A stretch of DNA of 64,000 bases from Crassostrea angulata (Eukaryota), in contig NC_069116.1 in the NCBI RefSeq assembly GCF_025612915.1, positions 24,707,051 through 24,771,050 on the forward strand, written 5' to 3'. This document shows positions 52,576-63,757 of this stretch, in pieces. A model generated the notes under the pieces. The model was not told where the DNA came from. It saw nothing but the letters and a program-made list of their open reading frames with translations, and made no database searches. The position numbers were made by a program, and so were the translations under genes. The number at the start of each line of letters is the position of its first letter. Positions within the stretch are counted from its first letter, which is position 1.

Positions 52576-52837
52576 TCATTTAGTTGCTCTCTGAGCACTG
52601 GTGTCTGACTGGGAGTAAAGTTTCAATAACAGGTCCGCACTGGGATTTTTCTTTTCTAGATCCAATGATTTGAGTGGTACTTTCGAGCTAGATAGAAATG
52701 GCGGTCGACTGTCGTCTGATTTCATCAGGTTTTTTAGGGCTTCCTTTGCAGCTTGCTCTTCAGCTATTGTAAGCGTCTCACCTGGGGCTGAAATACAACA
52801 ATACATCTTTTTTATTCCATAGACCCCTTCACGATAA
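52576..52837 (-). CDS. MRPL44: MRPL44 (mitochondrial ribosomal protein L44) terminal exon: dsRBD C-terminal half (…MYCCISAPGETLTIAEEQAAKEALKNLMK…*)
   Basis: 52576-52806 is certainly coding (human [30 protein letters not shown] aligns to MYCCISAPGETLTIAEEQAAKEALKNL). The phase-consistent acceptor ccacag|T at 52837 is inferred and lies inside a MITE terminal repeat. TGA at 52576-52578. Confidence 0.6.
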
Positions 52838-52999
52838 CTGTGGTACTGCTCTCTTGCAGGGCAAATTGATATACTTTGCCGAAATTTTAGTAGCTAGATA
52901 TTAAATGACGTAAATGAATCAATTGACGTTACATCATATTTCACCAAACTATGTCATTTTGCCCTGCAAAAGAGCAGTACCGGAGATACTGTGAAGGGG
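52824..52999. mobile_element. MITE (family C, copy 1) with about 42-bp TIRs, in/at the last intron-exon junction of MRPL44
   Basis: TIR ccccttcacgataactgtggtactgctctcttgcagggcaaa versus the reverse complement of tttgccctgcaaaagagcagtaccggagatactgtgaagggg. Second family copy at 58805-58985. Confidence 0.6.
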
Positions 53000-53184
53000 T
53001 TAATTTCACAGCAAAATTTGCCTTGCATGAGTTTCACTCCACATGAATTTCTTGCAAAATTTTCTCATGAATTTCATATTTTTACATCTACCAAGTATTT
53101 TCTCCTCTATCTAATACAAAAACAGATTGTGATTCATAGCTCTATAGAAACTGACAGGACTGAAGTCTACAGAATCCAGCTCTA

Positions 53185-53480
53185 ATCAGTTTATTGATCA
53201 GTCAAAACCTTTAACAACTGGAGAAAAATCATGGACTGCATGAAATAATCATGATGATGTAAGACACAATATAATACATAAGAAGAATCGGCTCTTTATT
53301 CTATCTATTAACTGATACTATCATACTGTTATACTCTTACATTAACAATCATTTAGTTAATTTTACTAACTCTTTACAATCAATTCATTAATTTGTTAAA
53401 AGACAGATGTAAAAGTGAAAATAAACTTTGATGATTCATGCAGGTATAAAGGTAGCGATCATTGCAGAAAAAATGAACAT
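53185..53480 (+). repeat. Roughly 400-bp dispersed repeat (family B, copy 3, 5'-truncated or diverged)
   Basis: Shares 'gtttattgatcagtcaaaacct…gactgcatgaaataatcatgatgatgtaag…tttgatgattcatgcaggtataaaggtagcgatcattgcagaaaaaatg' with the other copies. Confidence 0.5.
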
Positions 53481-54496
53481 AACCAGCATTTACCAGCATT
53501 CCCTTTTCACATGAAATTCACAAGAGAAATTCACAAAGAATCCATGTAAGGCACAATTGCCCATGTACTGTAGATTCCTAATTAAATGCAGAGATTAATA
53601 TCCCTGTAAAAATTGTGAGAATTCCATTGTACATCTTGCGGATTTTAAAATCTCACTTTCATTTTGCGGACAGATGTAAGCTATATGAAACTATGATAAA
53701 TATTAAGTGTTGGCAATTTTATATTCTCATGATTTGATGCAAAACGATTGTGGAATTAAGTACTCGCGTAAAATAATAAATCTACGATATCAAAATGTAT
53801 ATCAAATTAACCAATCCTAAAGCTGTTTTCTAGGAATCATTCTACCTCATCCTAAATAAAACTAGTTTTATGCAGAAATGTATGCACCCAGAATATACCA
53901 TCAAACATCTTTAATAAACATTTATTTAAAGTTCTTTTTGCACTTTTTGTGGAGGAAGATGTTACAATTCTTAAGCTTTCCAAAATTAAATAGGTTAATA
54001 TTTTAAAAAACAAATAAATATTTCGCACCTCTGTTTGAATTTAACCAAAAAAAAACCCCACAAGAATGTGGTTAAGTAGACTTACATCTCCCAATTAGTT
54101 CCTTATCACTGTAGATTCCAACATGATAAAGGGACATAATGGAGGAACATCCAGTCTGCCACAGAAGTCTACAAAACGACAACACTTATCTATTTCATGC
54201 CCAACATTTCCTGGGGTATACAACCATCAGTAAAAAAATTATGATACAAAGGTTTTAAAATTGTAATTGTAAAAGTTCTTTAGTTGTAATCATTACATAT
54301 ACCTATCAGTTACAGGTAAATTCCATTTTAGAGAGGTAGCTTAAGTACAAGTACCGTAAAGTTTTAAATTTGTGGGTAAAGATTCAAAATTTCTTTTTCC
54401 TTATCCATCCTTTTACATGTATGTGTACTTCTTAATGACAACCCCCCCCCCCCCCTCAATACGGTATAAGATTTTATTTTGTACGGCATACAGTAC

Positions 54497-54645
54497 CTGG
54501 ATTCTGGGCTTGCCATTCCTCTGGACTGAAGGACAGCACTGAGCAATCCCATGGGGTTATCTAACTTCCACATCTCGTTGATGTCCTTCCCCACAAGACG
54601 TGGGACCAGAAAGTCCACTACGAATGCCCCAGCCCTCTCCTCCGT
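54497..54645 (-). CDS. MRPL44: MRPL44 exon (TEERAGAFVVDFLVPRLVGKDINEMWKLDNPMGLLSAVLQSRGMASPESR): end of the RNase III-like domain plus start of the dsRBD
   Basis: Strong match to human MRPL44 (…[48 protein letters not shown]…). Acceptor aaaacag|ACG at 54646, donor CCAG|GTACTG at 54496. Confidence 0.8.
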
Positions 54646-54872
54646 CTGTTTTAAGAAACAAAATTAGTCAAATGTTTTTAAAAAATACAAATAAATGTAC
54701 ATCATTTACTGCAAAAATTTCCATATTTACAGAAACAGTGAAGTCTTGCACTTTGCTCAAAATGGTTACAATTATTCTTGGATTTGTGGGTTTTTTTTGC
54801 AAATGATTTTTTTAAAATATACAAAATCTTCTAACATTTCTTGATGAAGAGCAACAGCCAAGTGATACATAC

Positions 54873-55004
54873 CTGGCTTTTTGCTACAGCAGCTACAACA
54901 GCCATAAATGTGTCAACCATTTCCTCATCTGTTGGAGGATAATGCTGGAAGTCAAGAACAATTTTCTTAGTAAAGTACAACAGTGTTCTAGAGAGAGCGA
55001 AAGC
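54873..55004 (-). CDS. MRPL44: MRPL44 exon (AFALSRTLLYFTKKIVLDFQHYPPTDEEMVDTFMAVVAAVAKSQ)
   Basis: Aligns to human [44 protein letters not shown]. Acceptor tgatacag|GCT at 55005, donor CAG|GTATGT at 54872, phase 0 to 0. Confidence 0.7.
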
Positions 55005-55735
55005 CTGTATCAAACTACATGGGTTGCTGTACAATGAAAGTGCAGACATATAATAATTTGCAGACATGTAATGAATACCTTCGACTGGATCAAGTCCCTC
55101 ACTCCTATTAACTTTCCAACACTGGCTAATATTTCTGTTGTCATTACATATTCACAAATGGCACTGCAATTAAAGTCATGTACATTTTGGATAGGAACTG
55201 ATTTTTTTTATCCAACAATTAGTTTTCTATACATATCAATTCATAATCTTAAAGAGTGATAAAGAAGAACACAAAAACATTTAGTAATGATACAATGAAT
55301 TATAAAAGATGATATTAGATCAGATCAATTAAATTAACTTTGTTGTAGCTTATCAAAATAGACAATGATACTAGTTTTTTTTCTCAAAATTTCTTGATAA
55401 TTTCACTTTATGCAAAAGTCAATCATTTACATGTATATTTAGTAAAAAAAAAAATGAAACAGACTCTTACCATATTCCTTCCTCAAACATGTAAGGAAAA
55501 TTAAATCTTAGGTATGCCTTCAAATATTTTTGAATAAGTTGTTTTCCTGTAATAAAAAGAAATAAAAGTAAAAAATATTACTCATATGAACATGTACAGG
55601 GAGTTTTATTGCAGGTAGGAAACCAACCAACAACAATTCATATTGATAAATAAAATCATATACATGAATTAAACATAAAGTAGTATAAAATAATTTTGGT
55701 GGATAAATAATGGATAGAATAATTTGAGTAATTAC

Positions 55736-55850
55736 AGGTATTCCTCGAGTCTTACCTTCTTTTGATAGCTCTTCATTGCAAGATGTATCAGGAATTTGTG
55801 TTTTCACACCAACCTTTTTTCTTTCCTCTATTTCCATTTCAATATATGAT
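55736..55850 (-). CDS. MRPL44: MRPL44 exon (…SYIEMEIEERKKVGVKTQIPDTSCNEELSKEG(KTRGIP))
   Basis: Aligns to human [34 protein letters not shown]. Acceptor tttgtag|A at 55851. Two candidate donors: the stronger motif AAG|GTAAGA at 55755 gives phase 1, inconsistent with the next exon; CCT|GTAATT at 55735 gives phase 0, consistent. The coordinates use the phase-consistent donor. Confidence 0.5.
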
Positions 55851-56224
55851 CTACAAACAAAGTAATTTTAATAACTATCTTCACCTCTAACTAAGAACCC
55901 ATGGTTATAACTTAAAGAAGATTGATACATGTTTTTATATGTCCAATTATCTTCACAAATTAAAACTTACACTACAAAAGCGATCAATATTTGTCATATT
56001 AAAAAAACAAGGCCAAATACTTACTTGACACTTCCTGACATGAATGATTACTTGTATCTAAACTCTTAAGTTATTTTCAATTGTTATACCAGTTAGGACA
56101 TACAGAATTTGTACAGAAGCTTCAAATTTTGATAGAAAGACTTTTCAAAACTAAAAGCAAGTCACAATGACTCACTTGTATTTGAAATACATGGGTACTA
56201 AAGATGTAGATCCCCATTCATTAC

Positions 56225-56311
56225 CTAGAAATGAAAGCCTCTCTCAGGATGTCAACATCAAAATCTTCCCCAAGTCTCTTTCCAAATGCAAAAAGCTCAG
56301 CATCATAATTC
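56225..56311 (-). CDS. MRPL44: MRPL44 exon (NYDAELFAFGKRLGEDFDVDILREAFIS)
   Basis: Aligns to human [31 protein letters not shown]. Acceptor catttcag|G at 56312, donor TCTAG|GTAATG at 56224. Confidence 0.75.
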
Positions 56312-56824
56312 CTGAAATGAAATTTTTATGTTTAAAAATTCTGTTCATAAAAATGCTCTTCATAAAATGAAAAATATAAGGCTTAAATACCTGGTCATTC
56401 AAAAGAATGAACATCATTCATTCTGAACAATTACCATTGAACTAATATTAATGCATTTTCTGAGTTCTATCAACCACCAAGGAATATAAAAAGGGCCAAA
56501 AAGCCTCAAACTTTGTTTTGCTTAGTCTTAGACAGCTTTTATCATCCATACATTCTAAACATGAGTCTAATTTTTCAGAAATAATAGTTTTTTAAAAATG
56601 CCCAAAGCTGAATCAGTATACATGTTTAGACAGTCATGTAGAAACCAATTATATATGTTCGTCATCATATTCGCCATTGTTCTTTTTCATTAAAAAAAGT
56701 TTAATCATATAATTAAGACATGTTTCCTTAAGAATGGCAAAAAATCAGTTAAGCTAAGTTTTATCTTCTTATATGTCATGATTAATTTTTTTTTGGTCGT
56801 AGTATTCACTGTTTTTGTAATTAC

Positions 56825-56942
56825 CAGCAGCCAAAAGCCGATGGATGCCTCTTGGGTTCTGGTCCAACCTTTGTTCTTCTTTCTACTTGTTCTTTTAAAT
56901 AAGGCGGTAGTGATTTGGAATTCCGTAAGTAACGACATTGCA
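56825..56942 (-). CDS. MRPL44: MRPL44 exon 2 (…QCRYLRNSKSLPPYLKEQVERRTKVGPEPKRHPSAFGCW)
   Basis: Aligns to human [26 protein letters not shown]; the W is completed by the next exon. Acceptor ttaaag|TG at 56943, donor TG|GTAATT at 56824; phases consistent with the flanking exons. Confidence 0.55.
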
Positions 56943-57092
56943 CTTTAAGTAAACAAACGAAAATTCTGAAATTCAGGTAGAAAATCTATAAAAAAAATCA
57001 ACTACAGTTGAGTTGCGTTTTTTTAAATATTTTGAAGAGCTGGTTTGCTCTCATTTATTTTATCATATTAACATCTAAATATGACTACATAC

Positions 57093-57180
57093 TGTCGTTG
57101 TTGTGTTTTGAGAACGCCAAAACTGTGCGTCTTGCAATAACATTGGTTCGCGAAAGGTGCCTCAGCAAGGGCGCAGCCAT
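57093..57180 (-). CDS. MRPL44: MRPL44 exon 1: start codon and mitochondrial targeting presequence (MAAPLLRHLSRTNVIARRTVLAFSKHNND)
   Basis: ATG at 57180; Arg-rich amphipathic N-terminus lacking acidic residues; donor GACA|GTATGT at 57092 (phase 1). Confidence 0.5.
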
Positions 57181-57773
57181 TTTTTTTTGTAATACAGTCA
57201 CTATTAAACCGTACGTAGAATTGTTCAATTTATTTCTTTTTCCTGTCTTTCTCCACTTTAGATTTTATCTATAGATATATTTTCAACATGTAGTCTATAT
57301 AAAATTAAGAATTTTTACATTTGGTTACGTTTACATTACTTGGAACATTGACAATACGAATAGATTGTAAACGAGTTCACAAAATTTCTACTTTCACCTT
57401 TGATCAAGAACATGCAACTGACAAGGGTGCTGCAGTATTTCAAAAAGAGACCTAAATGGCCTGGGTTAATGACGTCGGGGTATCTATACACTTTTATATA
57501 TTTATAAGCTGTTTCGATCAATGATGGACATGCCTGGAATTGAAAAGAAGAAATGTTAAAAGCCAGTATTGAATTGTTCGTTAATATGTTTTACGGTGCT
57601 ACCGTTCTGGCGAGCGCAGCAAGAATTACACATACCTTGCATCATTGTCAACTAATAGTTTTATTTAGGTATAAACGAACTTCAAAGAATTTTTGAGAGA
57701 GTATTGCTCTACAATAAGTATGCCAAAGGTACTAATTTTAATGGTTATGATACATACAGCGCAACCCCCTACC

Positions 57774-57775
<2 letters not shown>

Positions 57776-57808
<33 letters not shown>
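57776..57808. repeat. (GA)n microsatellite in the MRPL44/MRPL57 intergenic promoter region
   Basis: Direct reading. Confidence 0.9.
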
Positions 57809-57810
<2 letters not shown>

Positions 57811-58218
57811 TGTAATTTCCCACTTTTAAATGTAATGATCTGACTATATGCAATATCTACATAATTTTTTTTACCTGTTTATTTTTTCATTTTATTCCTT
57901 TTTATTTAGTTCAAAATGTCCTATTGTTTATTTCCTCCCTACTCATATACTTACCTGCCTACTGTACATGCATGCACAATTAGCTTAAAAATGGATCGAT
58001 ATGACAGTAAAGTATGGCTCTTGCTATTATATAAATATAAAATCTCTATATTAAAAAAAAATTAAAAACAAATCATATGTCAATGAGGCAGGTATCGCAG
58101 TCTATACTGAAATAGCCAGTACACTCATTACAGATGTTTGATCCACCTCTAAATTTATCGCGGGAAATATAGCACGAGTGCACTGTGACGTCATCCATGA
58201 CTTTGTTCGTCTTTGTTT

Positions 58219-58241
58219 ATGTTTCTCGACTCAATACGAAG
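58219..58241 (+). CDS. MRPL57: MRPL57 (MRP63, mitochondrial ribosomal protein 63) exon 1 coding part (MFLDSIR…)
   Basis: ATG TTT CTC as in human MRP63 (MFLTALL…). Donor AG|GTATGG at 58242 gives phase 2, matching the exon 2 acceptor. A TGACGTCA CRE-like motif lies at 58185-58192. Confidence 0.5.
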
Positions 58242-58804
58242 GTATGGAAGCATGTAACAAATCTTTTGAGTCTCGCCAAAGTATATGCCGTACTCAAAAC
58301 GTGTCTTCAAATTTTAAGTCACCGTAAATTACGAGTTAAAAGTCGGCCATTTTTGGCATAGCACCACGGGTGAAAACATTAGAGAGCATTATGGGGCGTA
58401 GACAAAAAAATTTGTTTGATGAACTGTAGGTTTAGCTCGTTCTTTTTCCCGCGCACACTGGTTCTTAGAGCTCGCTTCGCTCGCTATAAGATATGATAAA
58501 TCATATACGTTACACAAATAAAAAATGTTGTTAACGTCTATGTGAGGAAATGTTAAAAGCCAATCTTGAATTGTTCGTTATAGGATCTATATATTCTTAT
58601 ATGATAAATCATATACACAAATAAAAAATGTTGTTAACGTATATGTGCAAATATGGTATAATTATGAATAATAGTATAGTTAGGATATGAGGTTTTTTAA
58701 AATATGATTTGTGTTGTGTTCATCACGAGTCAAAATTTTGGTCTTGCCATTCATGCAACCTAGGTACTGATATCAGATTGCCTGAATGTGATTGATGACC
58801 AATC

Positions 58805-58985
58805 GACCCCTTCACGGTAACTACAGTATTGCTCTTGCATGGCAAAATGACATAATTCGGTGAAATATGACATAACATCAATTGTTTCAATTACGTCATT
58901 TAATTATCTACCTACTAAAACTTCGGCAAAGAATACCAATTTGCCCTGCAAGAGAGCAGTACCGCAGTTCCTGTGAAGACGTCTA
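58805..58985. mobile_element. MITE (family C, copy 2) in MRPL57 intron 1
   Basis: TIR ccccttcacggtaactacagtattgctcttgcatggcaaa … tttgccctgcaagagagcagtaccgcagttcctgtgaag; internal region related to copy 1. Confidence 0.55.
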
Positions 58986-59820
58986 TATTTTAAGATGCAA
59001 GTTTCCTGACTACAGACAGGGAAGTCTATGTTTGTAACTGGGTGACAAAACAGCTGCAGAACTGTAGCTCTATAGGAAATATGGGTTGACAGACCATAGA
59101 GTTACAGATCCATCTATACAAAAACTGTATATTTATTCACTTTATTGCACACCAAATGTCACATAGGGTTTTGGACTTATTCACCTAATTAAGGAATGGA
59201 TTCTGTGAAAGTTTTCATACAAAAAATTCCTGAGACATTTTACTTTTAATGCCATTTCTATCATCACTATAGCCCTATTAAGTGAAGTGGTGTTTACAGG
59301 TAAAAATTGTGAGTCTTGACCCCGACATGAATTTAAACTAATTCACTTTCCAAGGTCTGTTAGCATTTGAGGCAAGTAAGGAGTGAGTTGTAGTAAAATC
59401 TCTCAGGAATTTTTTGGTATGAAAATATTTACAGAAGATATTCCTAAATTAGTTTTACAAGTCCAAAACTGTGCGCAACTTCTTGTGCACATAGATACAC
59501 AGTTTTTTGTATGAATGGAACTGTAGCTCACTGCTATATGTCAACCTAAATTCCCCGTAGAGCTACAGTTCTGCAGCAATCATAAAAAAAATAATAGTTT
59601 AAGAAAAATTTTATTCAGAAATATACTGTACACAGAATATAAATGAATATGAATCGTTCTGCAGGCAAAAAGACAACCTATATTAGTTCTCTCCAGTCTC
59701 CATTAAAGATAAAAAAAAAAAACTGAACAATTCCAGATTGGAGTAAAATAATTAGATAAGCTAGATTTAGCCCTAAATATGTATTTAAAATGGGATGGGA
59801 GAAATAATGACAGACCAGAC

Positions 59821-59883
59821 CTGGATTCAAACTTGGACCCTCTGAATCTCTAGTCAGGTGTCCTACCAACTGAGCTATCTGCC
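59821..59883 (-). pseudogene. Degenerate tRNA-like sequence (probable SINE head or tRNA pseudogene), not a functional tRNA
   Basis: The reverse complement GGCAGATAGCTCAGTTGGTAGGACACCTGACTAGAGATTCAGAGGGTCCAAGTTTGAATCCAG has D-loop and T-loop-like motifs, but the D, anticodon and T stems do not pair. Confidence 0.4.
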
Positions 59884-59913
59884 AAACTAGGACAGTCTGT
59901 AGATTGGCAAGTA

Positions 59914-60067
59914 ATCACGATGGTTTTAATTTCACTATGTTCGCGATTCATCATTTTCTCGCAAAATTAAACCCATCGTGAATACTACGATTAGTTTCGA
60001 AAAACGTTTTAATGCCTATATTCTGATCAATTGATTTTCTAGCAGTGTGAAATTAAAATCATCGCGA
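59914..60067. repeat. Inverted-repeat element (22-bp TIR atcacgatggttttaatttcac)
   Basis: atcacgatggttttaatttcac … gtgaaattaaaatcatcgcgat; a further partial copy at 60085-60118. Confidence 0.35.
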
Positions 60068-60262
60068 TTGGTACTTAATTAGAAATCGTGAAATTTTAAC
60101 ACTGTGGAATTAAAACGACTTACAGTACATATATTGTGTAGAGTGTATGATTTTTTTTTGGAAGACACTTGCTGTATAATATTCTAATATAACCATAGGG
60201 AGAGACTGAAGTAAATATGAGTGTTTTCTAAAATATTAAGTGTTTAATTTTAGTATATATTT

Positions 60263-60374
60263 TTTTTATTAGCAAACATCGATATCTGCCAGTCATTACT
60301 TCAAAACAGAAAGCTAAAGCTGTCAAGTCATTTATCAGAGAGGAATCCAATGTGAAAATTTTACAAAATCCATA
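60263..60374 (+). CDS. MRPL57: MRPL57 exon 2 ((S)KHRYLPVITSKQKAKAVKSFIREESNVKILQNPYITK)
   Basis: Matches human [39 protein letters not shown]. Acceptor ttttttattag|C at 60262, donor AAG|GTAGGT at 60375. Confidence 0.7.
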
Positions 60375-60870
60375 CATTACAAAGGTAGGTGTTTTCATTG
60401 GTTATCTTTTCTGCTTTTCCAGAGAGACATTTATGTACAGTATGTTTCATTTTAGTTTTTCATCTTATAAATTAGAATGAATCTGTTCAGGAATATTGTT
60501 TGCATGTACATGTACCTGTGCAGTGTAAATACTCATGTACCTGTATTTGTTAATTCATCATTTACCCAGGATTAACCTTTTGTTTAAGGTCAAGACAGAT
60601 TCCTGATACGGTAGCAAATGTCCCAATTAAGAAAAAAAAGTATTTAAAATCAAAACTTAGTCAAAGTAATTAATAATTCCACATTACCTGGTATTCAAGA
60701 AATTTTGAGAAATAAATATGTGGTAATCAAGAAAAATGATATTGCAATTTTTGTTTCATGATAGTTTAAAAATTTTATTTTCTTCATGCTGCAAAAATGT
60801 TCACTGCAGTATTAATTTTGCATATTAATATAATTAAACCAAAGTTTTAAGAAGGTGAATACATGTAGCA

Positions 60871-61439
60871 AAGGACTATGTGCGGTTTTATGCATTTTTT
60901 GGCCCCAAAATCAAAGTTTTAGAAAGAGCTTTAAAAATAAGGTGAAAGATAGTTAAAATCATATTGGAAATAAAGGTGTAAAAGGTTATCACCACAGTGA
61001 CGTCATAATGTAGAAATGACGTCATGAAGATTGCATTATTTTGATAAATTGATGTTTTGTAGCAAAATATGGGTGTTTCCCAATGGTTTTTCGACTAGGA
61101 AACATCGAGCGCAGGCTTGCTCAAGTACCATATTTTAGCATAATGTGTATAACTATCTGAAGAAAAAATGTTTAAATCGCACTTGAGGAGACCTGCGCTC
61201 TTTACTTCCGAATGCAAAATATAGAGCAAAAATGAGAATATTTTAATTTGTTCGCAAATTTGTGGGAAATAGGTCATTTAGGTGACGTCATAAATAAATA
61301 GTGAATGAGCAATGATGACTAAAATCAAGATTAAAGTTATAGGCATCCTCCATACAATGATTTGTGAAGATTTTATTTTTATACGATACTATTTAAAAAT
61401 TGGTTTAAATCGGGGGCAGATATTTGACCAAACTGCACA
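60871..61439 (+). repeat. 570-bp dispersed repeat, copy 2 (CRE-like TGACGTCA palindromes), in MRPL57 intron 2
   Basis: About 93% identical to 2693-3265. Confidence 0.65.
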
Positions 61440-61532
61440 AAGTCCTTTGACAGACACAGGGACTAAGTAATATGTTATCAAACTGGGGTTCTCAAATTTA
61501 CTACGTACTTAATCAGGCTGAATTCATTGTAG

Positions 61533-61682
61533 GAGGAAGAACATGGTGCCATGAAAGCATTAGGAAAACCTCAGGCCAAGTTTGAAGCTATAAAGGAGGC
61601 CAAAAAACAAAAGGCATGGCCTACTGATGTATCTATGAAGAAATACTTAGAACATTTAAATATTACGAAAAGTTGGGAGTAG
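61533..61682 (+). CDS. MRPL57: MRPL57 terminal exon (EEEHGAMKALGKPQAKFEAIKEAKKQKAWPTDVSMKKYLEHLNITKSWE*)
   Basis: Matches human [45 protein letters not shown]. Acceptor tcattgtag|GAG at 61532; TAG at 61680-61682. Confidence 0.75.
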   Translation, partial: EEEHGAMKALGKPQAKFEAIKEAKKQKAWPTDVSMKKYLEHLNITKSWE

Positions 61683-61803
61683 ACATTAATTTTCACTCTA
61701 AGTAAATGTACATATCTTTTTTATATTCATATACTTGTATAACTGAAAATGATTGTAATTTTTTGTGTTTGAAAATGTGTTTGTGTTCAATTTTATTCAA
61801 TGT

Positions 61804-61809
61804 AATAAA
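61804..61809 (+). promoter_or_regulatory. Poly(A) signal AATAAA for MRPL57
   Basis: 122 nt downstream of the stop codon. Confidence 0.4.
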
Positions 61810-62784
61810 ATTTGATCAAAATCTGTTTGAAATCTTTTATTTGAATCCAATGCCACACCTCAACTGCTGTTGTGTGTAAAAAGAAAATGTCACTCAATCC
61901 TTATTGAGAAAAAAATACTTGTACATACAAGTGTCAATGTAATTATGTATACACAAGTTACACCTGATAGAATAATGAAGTTCTCTTTTAGCCTGGAAAT
62001 TTAAAAAAAATACTTTAAGCAGTCAGATATATAAATAGCAATGTTATTTATGTCTCTGATGTAGTGTATGGCAGATAAACTTCACAAAAAGAACTATTTT
62101 ATAAAAATATTGTTTTACAGTCTTTAAACTATCCAGGTTTATGTGCAATAAACTATAGTTTACAGAGTGAAAACTATAGTAATTTAGTAAGCAACATTAA
62201 TCTACATTTCTCATCTGTAAAACATAGTTAATTTGATAGCAAATCTGATAAATATAGTTTTATGGTTTGAGAAACAAAGATTAACAACATCTTTTAACTA
62301 TAGTTGACGAATGTAAAATTATACTTTGCAGATGTAAATTTAACAGTGTTTAATCTATATATTTAGCAGCAAAATCCATTACTTACGTTAACCACAAACT
62401 ATAGTTTACAACATTTTAGTTTGTTTTTACAAATCAAATATACAGTAAACAAATCTTTAAATATAGTTTATTTGTCAATAATGTTTATTTACAATGTAAA
62501 CTGTGAAACTGTTCAGCTCAGTTTTGTATAGAAGATAGGACACTATATATTCACAAACATCTGTATTCAGTAATTATCTTATGAAAATTTACATAAGCTA
62601 ACTAGTCCAATAAAATCACAGTATTTTCATTTTCAAAACTTTTTTACGGATCAAATTTTGAAGAAAAAAATCAATAATAAGAATGTTGGAGAAAAATTCA
62701 AAATTCAAAGTAAGCATTTTTTCGGAATTATTTATTCCCTTCGTGAACGACAAACTATAATTTGGCGCCAAAAACAAAACTGTC

Positions 62785-62928
62785 ATGTCAGCCGTTCGTC
62801 CGAATTTGTGTCCACAATTATCAGAGGATGTTGTCTCGAAACTTAGATCTGCTGGTGTTAAAACTGTTGTTGACCTAATAAAAACAGATTTGGAAGGTCT
62901 CGCTCTTGAAACTTCTTTACCATATAAG
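62785..62928 (+). CDS. RAD51D: RAD51D (RAD51 paralog D) exon 1: N-terminal HhH domain (MSAVRPNLCPQLSEDVVSKLRSAGVKTVVDLIKTDLEGLALETSLPYK)
   Basis: Matches human RAD51D [48 protein letters not shown]. Donor AAG|GTTAGT at 62929. Confidence 0.75.
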
Positions 62929-63423
62929 GTTAGTTATACACTAATGTGTCAAAAGTATATCAATTTTTTTCTCCTATTTTAGGCTATCATAAAATTCCAA
63001 ACCCAACATCTCTAGTCTTGCATCTCCTTCTCAATCAACAAGTCTGATCTTTGTCCTTGAGGATTTGACAGTTGTGTACCTACTCAGGTGCTATCAACAA
63101 TTAATTTACCTGTTTACAATTCCGAGGCAAGTATAAACTATTGGCATCAATTGATAAAAACAGATGAAAGGGAAGTAAAAGTAACTTATATGTAATCCAT
63201 GATTCCTCTGACTCTAACCCCTGCTTTTATATTGTGACATGTGGAGGGGCCATGTCATTGTCACAATATAAAATCGGACGTAAGAGTCAGAGGAATCTCG
63301 GATTAACTGATCTGCAGCATTTGACCCGAGCTCCTTTAAATTAATAATTAGTACCAATATAGTGTGTTGGAGAATTGTATGATATGAAACATTATCTTCA
63401 ATATTTTAAAATCTTATCTTCAG

Positions 63424-63542
63424 GACCTTGTCATCATCAGAAGACTTTTATTGGCTCAGTTTTCTACATTCCCTGTGAATTGTTCAGATTTCTACCAGAC
63501 AACGATTGCATCATCATCAATAATACCAACACCAGCTGAAAA
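63424..63542 (+). CDS. RAD51D: RAD51D exon 2 (DLVIIRRLLLAQFSTFPVNCSDFYQTTIASSSIIPTPAEK)
   Basis: Matches human [37 protein letters not shown]. Acceptor atcttcag|GAC at 63423, donor AA|GTAAAA at 63543 (phase 2). Confidence 0.7.
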
Positions 63543-63757
63543 GTAAAATTTAATGTTTCAATTATTTATGTAATATTTCTCAATAACAACTATAAACACT
63601 GTAAATAAAATTAGTGATGGAAATAAATGATATTATTTTCAATGATGAAATGAGAAATATATTTTTTCCTAATCATATGAAAAACTTTTATTGTGTATAA
63701 GCCACATCATGTTGATGCAACGAATAAAAGAATACCGTTTGTAAAAATATGTTTTAG

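Noticed and set aside
59821-59883. tRNA gene
   Set aside because: It has D-loop (TAGCTCAGTTGGTAG) and T-loop-like motifs, but the D-stem, anticodon stem and T-stem are not base-paired. It is a tRNA-derived repeat head or pseudogene, not a functional tRNA.
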